From: Mustelus asterias
Taxonomy: Eukaryota
Assembly (NCBI RefSeq): GCF_964213995.1
Contig: NC_135823.1
Coordinates: 992,001 to 1,056,000 of the forward strand
Direction: 5' to 3'
DNA length: 64,000 nt
Part shown: positions 39,757 through 50,768 of the stretch, piece by piece
Layout: each line of letters starts with the position of its first letter
How positions within the stretch are numbered: the stretch's first letter is position 1
The notes under the pieces: model-generated
What the model saw: only the letters and a program-made list of their open reading frames with translations
Database searches by the model: none
What the model was told of the DNA's origin: nothing
Made by a program: the position numbers and the translations under genes

Positions 39757-40983
39757 ATGGAAGAGATGGATGTTCATAAACTACAGGGTAGCGCTGACCC
39801 AGACGAGGTGGCGCGGTGGAAACAGACCGGGGCGTCCTTAGACGAAGATGGTATATGGAGGAAAGGACATCAAGTAGTCGCCCCCTCATTCATACAGGCG
39901 GAACTACTTCGACTCCACCACGAACCAAACCACTCCGGACGGGATGGGACCCTAGCTCGTTTATCAGGAGATTGGTGGTGGCCAGGGATGGGGCGGGATG
40001 TAGCTAAGCACTGCCAAAGATGCATCATATGCGCACAGCATAACCCTGGCCAGCCCCTGAAGGTTAAACTAGCAAACCAACCCAGGCCAAAGGGACCTTG
40101 GGAAAACCTCCAAATTGACTTAATCGGCCCTCTACCCACCAGTCGTGGGAAGAAGTACTGCCTGGTCCTCATTGACCAGTTCACCCGATGGGTAGAAGCC
40201 TTCCCAACCCGGGATTGGGGGGCAACCACTGTAGCCCACATCTTAGCATATGAGATAATACCCAGATGGGGAGTCCCGTTACAACTGGACTCCGACCAGG
40301 GGACACACTTCACAGGCAAGGTAATGAAACACGCATGTAAAACCTTAGGGATCCGACAGCGGTTCCATATACCATACCACCCCCAGAGTGCTGGAATGGT
40401 AGAGAGAATGAATCGCACCCTCAAGAACACGATAGCAAAAACTATCGCAGAAACAGGTCAGGGGTGGGTAGATGTCCTTCCCTGTATCCTGATGCGCCTA
40501 CGGGCCACCCCAGGTCGAACCATAGGGCTCACCCCGTTCGAACTAATGACCGGGAGAGCAATGCGACTCCCCGAAAACATCGCCGTGGGAGGGGAAGAAA
40601 TGACACCCCTCCGGGACAAGCTCAAACGATATGTGCAACACTTAGATTCACAACTCCGAGACCTGCACCACACAGCCAGGGACCAGCAAGCCATTAGAGA
40701 CCAGGCTAAAAAGGAAAATGTCAGTCATACCCCCACCCTCCCTCGAGTAGGGGATAGGGTTTTGATTCGGATTGCCCCAGACCGACCCGGGTTTGCACCG
40801 AAATGGATGGGACCCCACGAGGTTATCCTTACCAGCGATACATGTGCGTGTGTCGATGTGAAAGGAAAAGGCCGATGGAAACATTGGTCGCAATTAAAAT
40901 CCTATCACCACGGGGAAAGAGGACAGAGCAGACTGACTGAAAGGACAGAGGATGCTCCGTCCACTCCACGTATTGGCCCTTAA
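39757..40983 (+). CDS. pol: ERV integrase portion of pol
   Basis: HHCC (HEPNH...CIIC), DDE core QIDLIG / DSDQGTHF / PQSAGMVERMN, C-terminal PKWMGP. Confidence 0.95.
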   Translation: MEEMDVHKLQGSADPDEVARWKQTGASLDEDGIWRKGHQVVAPSFIQAELLRLHHEPNHSGRDGTLARLSGDWWWPGMGRDVAKHCQRCIICAQHNPGQPLKVKLANQPRPKGPWENLQIDLIGPLPTSRGKKYCLVLIDQFTRWVEAFPTRDWGATTVAHILAYEIIPRWGVPLQLDSDQGTHFTGKVMKHACKTLGIRQRFHIPYHPQSAGMVERMNRTLKNTIAKTIAETGQGWVDVLPCILMRLRATPGRTIGLTPFELMTGRAMRLPENIAVGGEEMTPLRDKLKRYVQHLDSQLRDLHHTARDQQAIRDQAKKENVSHTPTLPRVGDRVLIRIAPDRPGFAPKWMGPHEVILTSDTCACVDVKGKGRWKHWSQLKSYHHGERGQSRLTERTEDAPSTPRIGP

Positions 40984-41124
40984 CCATCTTTGTCCTTACA
41001 GCGGAAATCGAAATAACAACCTTTATTTTCCAACACTAAAGGAACTATATGCCAACCGAGGCATGAATGTATATATGTAGATAGAAATAAGAATAAGATA
41101 AGTAAGACAAGTTCATCACCTAAT

Positions 41125-43293
41125 ATGAACCTAACGACTGGCGGCCACCAGGTTTTATATATCCTCCCCCAACCCCTCTCCAGAACCATGTGGACCACTT
41201 GGAGGATGATCCTCGCGGCGACCTTCCTGACGAGTGTGGCACCTGAAGAACACCCCATCTACCCGCGATTCCACGGGATAGCCTTCAACACATCCGAGGC
41301 ACTATGTGTGCCAGCTGGACCGGACCCTATGAACAGTAGAACTTATCTTAACGCATGGCTACAAGTTTACCCGGGTATCAACGAGATCTGCTTCACTTGC
41401 ACTTTAGAAGGACTCCGAACATGCATTCAACAGCGGGACCTCCAGAACAGAGACCAGTGCGTTTTTTGGGACTCTCTGCGCCCTCCCCGACAACCCACAA
41501 GAGGCCCGACCACAGGACACTTTGAATTCAAACATGGACATTTGCGGCTATTACGGACTTGTTGAGGCTCCCGCAGTCTCATTGTATGTATGTTTTGCAC
41601 CGCTTCCAACGCGGGCCCCCACGACCACAAGGCCCGAAATCTTACCCTGTCCCTTGCAAAGCAGGGGACCGGAGGGAGGACTGGTGTTGTGGAACGAGGG
41701 GGAAATTGTGTACGACAACGTAAAACATGAGGTGGTACCTGTCCTGATCGACATTTCAGGAATCCAGGTCCCCAGGCATTGCTCAGAACAGGTACAGAAC
41801 TTGTATCAGATGTTAGAGAGAGAGACCATAAAACGGGCCATTGACGCAATGGGGGCCACACACTACAGGGGAAACATAAACACCAACACATACCGAAGCA
41901 AACGGGGTATTATCAATGATATGCTCACAGGGCTGAATACAGGAGACACAATGATTAACTCCATTGACATCCAGGGCCTCAACAGTAAAATTGAACAGCT
42001 GAAAGGGGTAATGAAAAACATATTACAGCGGTCATTAGACCAGCAGGCGGAACACGCATTCTTAGGGGAAGCGGGCGCCCATATCCAACTAGATGGGATT
42101 GCAGTGTTAGAAGCACATGCCCGAACTATCAATCGCCTCATAGACAGGGAAAGGGAAGACACTGCCCGGGTACAACAGGGACAGTTATGCCATGCATATG
42201 GTCAGTGGATGGTGGCACAAATACGACACAATTTGGACCAGGTACACAGGGGGGAAGTGCCCGATTGGATCGACAGCGCCCAACTAGCGCAACTCGCAGA
42301 TCAGAAGGGGGTGCTGGATGACCGGACCCTGAAGGGGATGACACGAGTATATCCAGTAATCCCCGACTGCGAGGTTAGTGAGGGCACCGGGATAGGAATG
42401 GTTCTGCTAATTCCAACGGTCACACAGGACGCTGGACCATTCCCCATCTTCCGAATTGAAAATATTGGTGTCGTTAGGGGCAATGCTTCCTCCGCTACCA
42501 CATAACCGAAAACATGGCCATCTCCAAACATGGCATAATGTCCAGTGTTTCTCTCGCAGGGTGCAAGCAGAGGGGAGAGGTCACCATCTGTCCTCACCCA
42601 CTGAGACAAGGAGAGACAGCAGAATGTGGGTTTAACCGAACACAGGACTGCACCTTAGAGATTATACCCGTAGACCCACATTTCGCCCGGGCAGGATACG
42701 GGGGGCGGGGTAGATACTGTGTAGCCACCACACGTACATCATTCACATATAACGGATTAACATGCCCAATCCCCGACCCTAACTTCTGTTTTACCCCTCG
42801 CAAGCCAGTCACTATAGGTCAAGCTCACATCACCAATATTCGAAATAGGCAGACCATAGCCTTTAATGCCACAGACCCCCTAAAAGACAACCTAAGAGAC
42901 TACCAAGAACCCGAGCAAGCCCCCATCCCACACCTGACCGAAGTCCTAAGGGAGCTCCGACTTAAAGTAGGACACTCCGTCCGATTATACCACCGGTTAC
43001 AGTCACACATCAAAACCTTGGAACAAGATACCGAGACGGCGTTACGAAGTCAAACATGGGTACAGAAGGTGTGGGACTGGGGTCTAAATGTAAACATCCA
43101 CCCCTGGGTCCGAATTACATCGCACACACTGGTGGTCATCCAACTCATCTTAGCCCTTTCCTGGGGATTGGCTACATGTTATACCTACCGCCAGCGGAAG
43201 AGAATGAAAGCACATAAGAACTTAGTTAGAACAATTGGTATGATGGGGCAGGTAGCCAAGCGGGATGATTACTCCCGCCTACACATGATTTGA
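41125..43293 (+). pseudogene. env: ERV env, paramyxovirus-F-like architecture, split by two 1-nt indels
   Basis: Signal-like MILAATFLTSVA, furin site RSKR (41894-41905), heptad region, Cys-rich domain, C-terminal TM and YSRL tail. The three frames join if one T is removed from the T-run at about 41462-41467 and one C is added at about 42490. Splice acceptor at 41001, donor at 35140. Confidence 0.85.
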
Positions 43294-43442
43294 CAAACTC
43301 CGGGACTCCCCTAAACTGTACGACTGCAGCGTACGGAGGCAGGAAGCACCGGACACAAAATATAATAAAGGGGAGAAAGATCGGTTAGAAAAGTGAAAAG
43401 GAAATAAACAACAAAAATTCACTTTTGACCGACAGGGGGGAC

Positions 43443-44049
43443 TGTAGGCGGGCATAAATTTTGTGGGTATTAGGATTAGAATATTTCTTAAACTATAACT
43501 CGATAAATGAAGCAAAACAGGACAGCATTCAGCCAGAAAGGTGTGAGTAAGGCAAGCAGGCATCTTTTAAACACAGAAACCAGGTTGACAAAGACTCAGG
43601 AACTCGCATCAATATGCTATTCAGAAGATATCTTGAGACCTGGAAAACTTCCTGACATCCCATCAAACACCCATTGTCCAAAGGAATTCAGAGACATAAA
43701 GCAATTATCACACTCTTAAACCAAACTTTACATATTAAAACTCTAGACCAGAAAACCCATTAACGGGATAACTATAAAAGAAAACCATTTACACATCAAA
43801 CTCCACACCCACAAACCTATTGAAACAGGATGATTATATCAGGAAACCACTCACAAACCATTTACATATCAAAACAGATCGTTACTATAACTATACTCCG
43901 TTTTGGCAGGCAGGCAGAGTACTTTGCGGGACTGTCTTGTCTGTGTCCTGATTGTACCTCCGTCGACGTAAAAAACTATAATAAACTGTGCTGTTATCGA
44001 TCTTGGCTCTGGGTGCGAGTGGTGTGGTATCTGTTCACTCGCGCTAACA
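43443..44049 (+). repeat. 3' LTR of inner ERV (preceded by PPT 43431-43442)
   Basis: Copy of 34476-35082; purine tract GACAGGGGGGAC immediately upstream. Confidence 0.97.
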
Positions 44050-44456
44050 CACCCAACTAAAAGGGATGCGCAAATTGGTAAAAGACAATCAGGAAATAAC
44101 AGACAGAGAGAGAGAGAGAGCTTGAAATGCTCCCTGACGTCCTCGTGAAAACACTACCTCACAAATCAGGGTTTGTACTAAAATGCGATGGGCCGTCTGA
44201 AGTTATAATTAGTGGAGCTACCTGCGCCTGCATAGACATCAGAGGGAAAGGTATATGGCAATATTAAGCATTAAACTCAGTTGAAAGAATATGCTGAAAC
44301 TAATTGGGAAAATATGTGATATACTCCAAATGCAGGTGTGTACAGAAAACGACTGACCTCCAAGCAAGCTCAGCGGGTTGACATGAAGTTGCGCATGGAC
44401 AGTATAGCCTTTGGACCTTTGTATAACAGTCGCGCGGGTTATTAGTAAGTGATAAG

Positions 44457-45882
44457 ATGCTTTTCCTGCTGCTTCTCACGACCCTGTCCCTGTTAGCCAT
44501 TGCGGGAAAGTGTCGATGGAATTATGAGAATTTAGGCATGGGACACAATGACACAATGACATAATGATGACTCTGTCTATTGTATGAATACCTTTGCGTA
44601 TATGTCTTATCTGTATGTATCACAATCGAATCTGAGCAAGTGCTCGGTCTGTTCACCCATTCCCACGCACGGAGGAAAAGGAGGAATTCCTTTATTCCCT
44701 ATCCCTTTATCAGCTCCGGAAGTAATTAAATGTGTTTTAAAACAGACTGGAACCCAGAAAGGGACAAGGCAACTGGCATTCAAAACCCCACTGAGTACCA
44801 CTATGCAGGGTACGTTTAACACGAGCAACGCTTTTGTTGTTTTAAAACCAGGGGGCGGAGGGTGTACTTTATCGACCTTCAAGAAACATTACCAGCCCAG
44901 CAATGACAGATCAGGTTCCCCACCCTAATTCGTTGAGAAGAATAAACAAAGGGGATTTATCTGCCTGATGAGAAATGGAACCATACGTGTTGGCCGTAGG
45001 TACTATATACAGCAGATTGTTATCACTAAAGCCGCTTGTGGCATTGTACGGGTCACAATTCAGTGACCCAAAGCCACCGTCCCGGTCAGCCTCTCCTCCG
45101 CTTATGTAAGCGAGATGATTGCATATAACGGTACCTATTTTATCTGTGGAAACAATGCCTATCCATGGCTTCCGTGGAATTTGGCAGGATCGTGTTATTT
45201 GGCATATGTGGTGCCTTATATTCACCATTACACTGACTTACCAAACCACCCCAAAATACTCCTGTTTCGGGCTAAGCGAGCCATGAGTGAGACAGAACGG
45301 TCCTTCATGATAGCCTACCCACTTTATCGGACAGCAAAGACAGCACAAGAACTTATACGGCTGGCCTCGACCCGAGAGAGAATTGCAAATGAGACGAAAG
45401 ATGGGTTCGAGGAGGTGAGCACAGCCATCTCTGAAATATCAGCAGAGGTCGTAGCTATTCGGACTGTGGCGTTACAGAACCGATTGGCACTGGATTACGT
45501 GCTGGCCTCCCAAGGAGGAACATGTGCCATAGTTGGCTTGGAATGCTGTACGTATATTCCCGATGCTTCAGAGAATATAACTCGCTTAGCAGATCATATT
45601 AAGCACGTGGCGAGAACAATACAGGATGAGGGGAGCCAGTATCACAATTACAAACCTCCGGGATGGCTGGGGCAATGGTTTGGGTCGTGGGGTGCATACC
45701 TTATGCATGGAGTGATTGTATGAATTGTAATTGTAATTGCTTGCTGTGTTTGTATGGCATTACTGAACATCTGCAGTAAAACGGGAACAGCCCGAACTAT
45801 GCCGGGTGCAAGTGTACAGGCAGAGGGGGCAGACCTCCTGACAAAGGAGCTGGACCCATATGCTGGTAACCTTTTATTCTGA
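44457..45882 (+). pseudogene. env: Outer ERV gamma-type env (frameshifted)
   Basis: Signal MLFLLLLTTLSLLAIAG, SU CxxC (CSVC), furin RAKR, immunosuppressive domain LQNRLALDYVLA, CX6CC (CAIVGLECC), TM. Confidence 0.92.
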
Positions 45883-45935
45883 ATTGGTCATGGGTCCATG
45901 TGCGGACCACCTGGCACCCGACCAAAAGGGGGGAG

Positions 45936-46635
45936 TGAAGACGGGAATGGGTTAATGAATTCTAATGCTCAAAGTGTCAAAGTGAACTCTGTGATATTTA
46001 GAGATTGTGTGAGAAACACTGCAGAACTCATGTTTACATTCAGGTGTTTTCATGCTCGTGTATCCAAGAACAGTTAAGAGTAGCAGCTGTGGTATACAAG
46101 AGTATGTTTTTCCCGGCTAATCTGTTCAGGAATGTGGCTAACACAGTCATTTTGTATTCTTTAATATGTACTGCTGTGTAACAGTAGAGCCTACATACAG
46201 GTATTCTGTGATCGTATAATGATGCATTCACATTTGTTCATCATAACCTGTGCCAATATACATTATACAAGTACCTCCGAACATATATAAATTGTCGTAT
46301 GCCAGTTGACTTGTTTGTTCGCGACTGTAACCTTGTACGTTAGTGAGACGCCCCACAGGTGTCCACAGAGGGCAACAACACGCGTGGCCTTGAGACAAAC
46401 GTGAGGAAAACGCTGAGGCAGCAAGGTTCACACGATGGAAGACAAGCCACAGCCTGGGAACCTGACGGGCCTGGGACACTGCGGACGTGACAGTGGGGTA
46501 TCAATGTCTGTTCTTAACCTGTATTTGCTGAGAACTCTGAGGCCGTGTTAGGCATCGGACGTCTCTCACAATTGTGAAAATAAACCACTGTATTTTGACC
46601 GACGAATAGACTGAGAGGTATTTTTACCTTCAACA
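45936..46635 (+). repeat. 3' LTR of outer ERV
   Basis: Follows PPT 45924-45935; AATAAA near 46579; ends TTCAACA. Confidence 0.93.
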
Positions 46636-47029
46636 CAAAATGTCTGCTATGTTTCACTTTCTTTATCTCCGCGTCAAAATCTAGTTCTCCCTCACTCAGC
46701 TCCCAGTTTCCTGAATTCTGTGCACACTGGGAAATCAATTCATTGCTGGAATTACGATGTCCAAAGCTATGGTAGTTTTGCTGAGGAATTAAAAGATGTT
46801 TAACGTTGTAAATGTACAGCGAAAGTGTGTTCGCGTGAGTGTGCGTGCGTGTGAAATTGTCTTTCTGTGTATCTCTGCATGTGTAGGTGTGAGAGAGTGA
46901 GTGTCTGTGTGTTTGTGTGTTTCTCAGTCCGTGTATCTCTCTGTGTGTGACGGTGTGAGATCGTATATGGGTTGTGTGTGAGAGAGCTTCTCTGTCTGCT
47001 TGTCTCTTTCTGTATTTGTCGGTGTCAGA

Positions 47030-47072
<43 letters not shown>

Positions 47073-48929
47073 CGTGTGTGTATCTGAGAAAGATTCTCTG
47101 CCTGTGTGGCAAATGTCGGTGTGATATTTTGGATGTGTGTCTGTGTGTGAGATTGTCAGTGAATCTCTCCGTATATGTCGGTGTGAGATTGAGTATTTGT
47201 GTGTGTGTGTGTGAGTGTGTTTGAGTGCGTGCGTCTGGCATGTGTGCCAGAGAGAGAGAGGAAAAGAGAGTGTGAATGAAAGAGGAAGAGAGAGTGAGAG
47301 AGGGCGAGAGACTGCGTGTTTGAGGGAGGTGTACAAGTGAACGTTTGCGTTACTGAATGTGTATCATTTTTTGAGATTGTGTGTGTGTATCTGTGTATGA
47401 GGCTGCGTGTGTAAGATTGTATGTGTATGTGCATGGGCCTCTATGTTTTTCTGTGTAAGTGTGTCTGAGTCTTTGTGGGTGAGAGTGAGAATGTGTCTGT
47501 ACATGTGGTTCAGAGTTCCCTCCAGTGTTCTGACAACGTATAATCACTTAACAAACATCTGAACACATGTCAATTTAACTGGGTCATTAAACAATTGTTC
47601 CTTAAGGGTCCATACTGTTCCCAAAGGTGCTGCCGGATTTACTACTTTAAATTCGGTGAATGCAATTTCAACAGGTGGTGGTCAATGATGTGGTGCTTCG
47701 GCAGCTCAGGAAAGACGCAAGGTAAATGCACAGTGGCTGGTTTGATGGTGGAAGTTTCAAATATTTTAAAGGGACCTGAATCTGCATGTAAATTGCTACA
47801 ACATAAAGCCAACGGAACGGGTGCTGGACAGAGCGATTAGAATAGACAGCCAGTTTTCTAGCGGGCACAGACATAATGGGGGAATAGCCTCTTTCTATGC
47901 AGTATCTGTCCTGTGGTTCATTGCTGCCAAGGCTGGTTGTGAGTAATTGTGAGAGATATGCCAAAAGATGAAGGGTGGCACGGTAGCGCAGTGTTTAGCA
48001 GTGTCGACTCTCAGCCCCCATGATCCGGGCTCAGTTCCAGCCTTGGGAGATTGGCCGTGTGGAGTTTGCAGATTGGCCCCGTGTCTGCGTATTTTTCCTC
48101 CGGGTGTTCTGGTTTCCTTCCACAGTCCAAAGATGTGCAGGTTAAGTGGATTGGTCATGCTAAACTGTCCCGTATTCGCCCAAAATTTGGAGGTTAGACG
48201 GATTATTCATGGGAACTGTGTGGGGTTACGGGGTTGGGTGGTGGAGTGGACCTGTTTAAGATACTGTGACAGAGAGACGGTGCAGTAAGTATGGGCGGAA
48301 TGGTCTCATTCTGCACTGTAGGCATTCTATGGTTCTGAACGGACTTGATGGGAAAGATGCTGAAAAACTGCTCAGGGAATCTTGAACATGACACATGGAG
48401 AAACACAGCAATCTGATTGGCTGTTTGACAGTAATCGAATTGATAGACACATTGCACCACTGTTCTGAATAAATGTCAGTGATGACTGTGTTAAGTCGCT
48501 TTCTAAATTCTGCTTCTCCGTCACGACGTAATTTCAGTCAATTTCAGCCGATAGGGATTGGGTCGTTAAGCATTTTCAAGGCCGAGATAGTCAGATTCGT
48601 AGTCACAAAGGGAATCAAGCGTTATGGGAATCGGCGGGAAAGTGGAGTTGACAATTCTCAAGTCGGAACAGTCATGAGCTCATGACATGGCGGAGCAGAC
48701 ACGATGGGTTGACTGACCTATTTCTGCTTCTGTGTCTTATGAGCTTGGGATGCAACCATCTAACTCTTCCATCTACACATTAAGCCACCAATTCTCCATT
48801 TGAGATTGAGGCAAATGGAAGCATATCGAATAGTCACTTTCAAAAGGGAATCGGATAAAAATCTTGTTGGAAAGAACTTCGCTGAGCATTATGAGGAAAG
48901 CTAAAATCAAGCTTGTTCTAAATGGAAGA

Positions 48930-49290
48930 TGATGACCTGGTGATCTTATCGCTAGACTATGAATCTCGAAGCAAAGTGAATTTTCGGGCGACCAAGGTTC
49001 GAATCCCGCCATGGCAGATGGTGGAATTTCAAATCAGTAAAAAATAATCTGGAATTAAAAATCTAGTGATAACCATGAAACCATTGTCGATTGTCGAAAG
49101 CAAACCAACTGGTTCACTCATGTCCTTTGGGGAAGGAAATTTGCAACCCTTACCTTATATGGTCGGCATGTGACTCCAAAGCCACAGCAATGTGCTTGGC
49201 TCGCCACTGTCCTATAAACAAGAACAACTAGGGATGGACAATAAACACTGGCGAGCCAGCGACGCCCATGTCCCACGAACGAATAAAATA
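48930..49290 (+). mobile_element. SacSINE1/DeuSINE-type SINE
   Basis: tRNA-like head (GGTTCGAATCCC), core CTGGTTCACT..TGTCCTTT.GGGAAGGAAA, tail shared with the CR1/L2-group LINE. Others at about 590-930(-), 17110-17325(+), 23177-23525(+). Confidence 0.7.
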
Positions 49291-49490
49291 ATTGGATGGC
49301 TTATTCAAAGATCCAACACGGATTCAATGAGCCAAATAGTCTCCATCTGAGCTGTGTCATTCTGTGATTTCATGTAACCCGTTTGAGGTTCGGGGAAATC
49401 TTAAATATGTATGGGCCGCAGGACGCCTTCTGCACTATAGGGACTATATCACTCTCTGTGATAATTCTCTATGATTTATGAATGTTTCAG

Positions 49491-49565
49491 AGTGGACCTC
49501 TCTACGCAACCCTGGATTTGGCCGCTTTGCAAAAGCGATCAAAAAAGAAGGTGGATCGAAAATGA
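49491..49565 (+). pseudogene. Gene B terminal cytoplasmic exon with tyrosine motif
   Basis: tgtttcag|SGPLYATLDLAALQKRSKKKVDRK*; AATAAA motifs downstream near 49709 and 49920. Confidence 0.75.
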
Positions 49566-50234
49566 GAATCCGGATGATTAATTGTGGAGGAGGCAGGAAT
49601 TCCCGAAAACCCCACAGCCTCGTTGAAATAAACACGACGCCAAGGAGTCCCCTTTCAAACAGCTAAGCGTTCTCCCTGCATTCGCCGAAGATTGGCTCTA
49701 GCCTTAACAATAAATGATTGAAGTTTGTGATGTTCCACGGGAACTGGGTCCTTCAACTGGCGAAGAAACATTGAGCAATGTTGAGAGACTTTGCTGGGTT
49801 TCCTGAAAATATTCTGCGAAGTGCCTGACTCCAGTTATTCATCAGAGTTTTTGCAAATGTCGACGTGTGAATATCAATTAATTTTTCTACCTTTCTAAGA
49901 ATGTTTTTTACTGACCAACAATAAACTGATAATTAAATGAAATCTTTATTGTACCATGATTTCTATTGAGCTGGCAATAGCAGTCCAGGATTCAGATTTG
50001 TGTCACTGTTTGAAGAGTGAGAGGTTTGATCATTCATCGAATTGGAATGCAGCAAGAAACGGACCCAGACAGTGATGAACGGAAGTTCCATAAGTTTATT
50101 CTAAATGTTAGTGCATTTCTCTTTGTGCTTTACATTAACCATTCATTTCAAAGCAATGCCATGCGTGCAACGTTACGGAATAAGATTTGAATTTGGATTT
50201 ATGCTCTCTGCCACTCCTGAATTTCATTTTCGAA

Positions 50235-50768
50235 GCCTGTCCACCATCCACCAGGCACAAGTTAACAGTCTCATGGAATGCTGTTCAATTGCCTGGATTG
50301 GTGCGGCTCCAACAACACTCAAGAAGTTCGACACTATCCAGGACAAAGCACCCCGCTTAACTGGCATCTCTTCCACAAACATCCACTCCCTCCACCACCG
50401 AGGCTCAGTCGCAGCAGTCTGCACCATCCACAATATGCAGAGCAGCAATTCACCAAAAATCCTTAGATAGGACCTTCCAACCCCACGGCCACTTCCATTT
50501 AGAAGGACAAAGACAGCAGATACATGGGAGCACCACCACCTGCAAGTTCCCCTCCAAGCCGCTCACCACCCTGTCTTGGAAATCTATCGCCATTCCTTCG
50601 CAAAATCCTGAAATTCTCTCTCTAATGGCATTGTGGGTCAACTGACAGCACGTGGACTGCAGCGATTCAAGAAGGCAGAGCACCACCACATTCTCAAGGG
50701 CACCCAGGAATGGACAATAACTGCTGGCCAGCCAACGATGACCATGCCCCAGGAATGAATAAAAAAAA
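50235..50768 (+). mobile_element. CR1/L2-group LINE 3' fragment
   Basis: QAQVNSLMECCSIAWIGAAPTTLKKFDTIQDKA; tail ends ATGAATAAAAAAAA. Confidence 0.8.

Larger units (their letters stand above)
34476..44049 (+). mobile_element. Young near-intact endogenous retrovirus (class-I/epsilon-like gag-pol, F-like env)
   Basis: TG...CA 607-bp LTRs, CACC target-site duplication (34472-34475 and 44050-44053), tRNA-Pro PBS, PPT, gag-pro-pol-env order. Confidence 0.98.
29440..46635 (+). mobile_element. Older internally deleted endogenous retrovirus with gamma-type env (host of the inner ERV)
   Basis: Diverged ~700-bp LTRs, Phe-like PBS, PPT AAAAGGGGGGAG, and gag, integrase and env remnants. Confidence 0.93.
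23847..49565 (+). pseudogene. Gene B: germline VJ-C1 Ig-superfamily transmembrane receptor pseudogene (7 exons)
   Basis: Leader 23847-23901 (ATG mutated to ATA, in-frame TAA), VJ 24502-24835 (frameshift), C1 about 24927-25257 (acceptor lost), TM 27206-27307 (TAG), cyt1 27404-27434, cyt2 28764-28815, terminal 49491-49565 (SGPLYATLDLAALQKRSKKKVDRK*). The last intron holds the nested ERVs. Confidence 0.85.
23580..49870 (+). repeat. Right arm of the inverted segmental duplication (expanded by the 17.2-kb ERV insertion)
   Basis: Reverse-complement homology to 1-12330 on both sides of the ERV. Confidence 0.9.
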
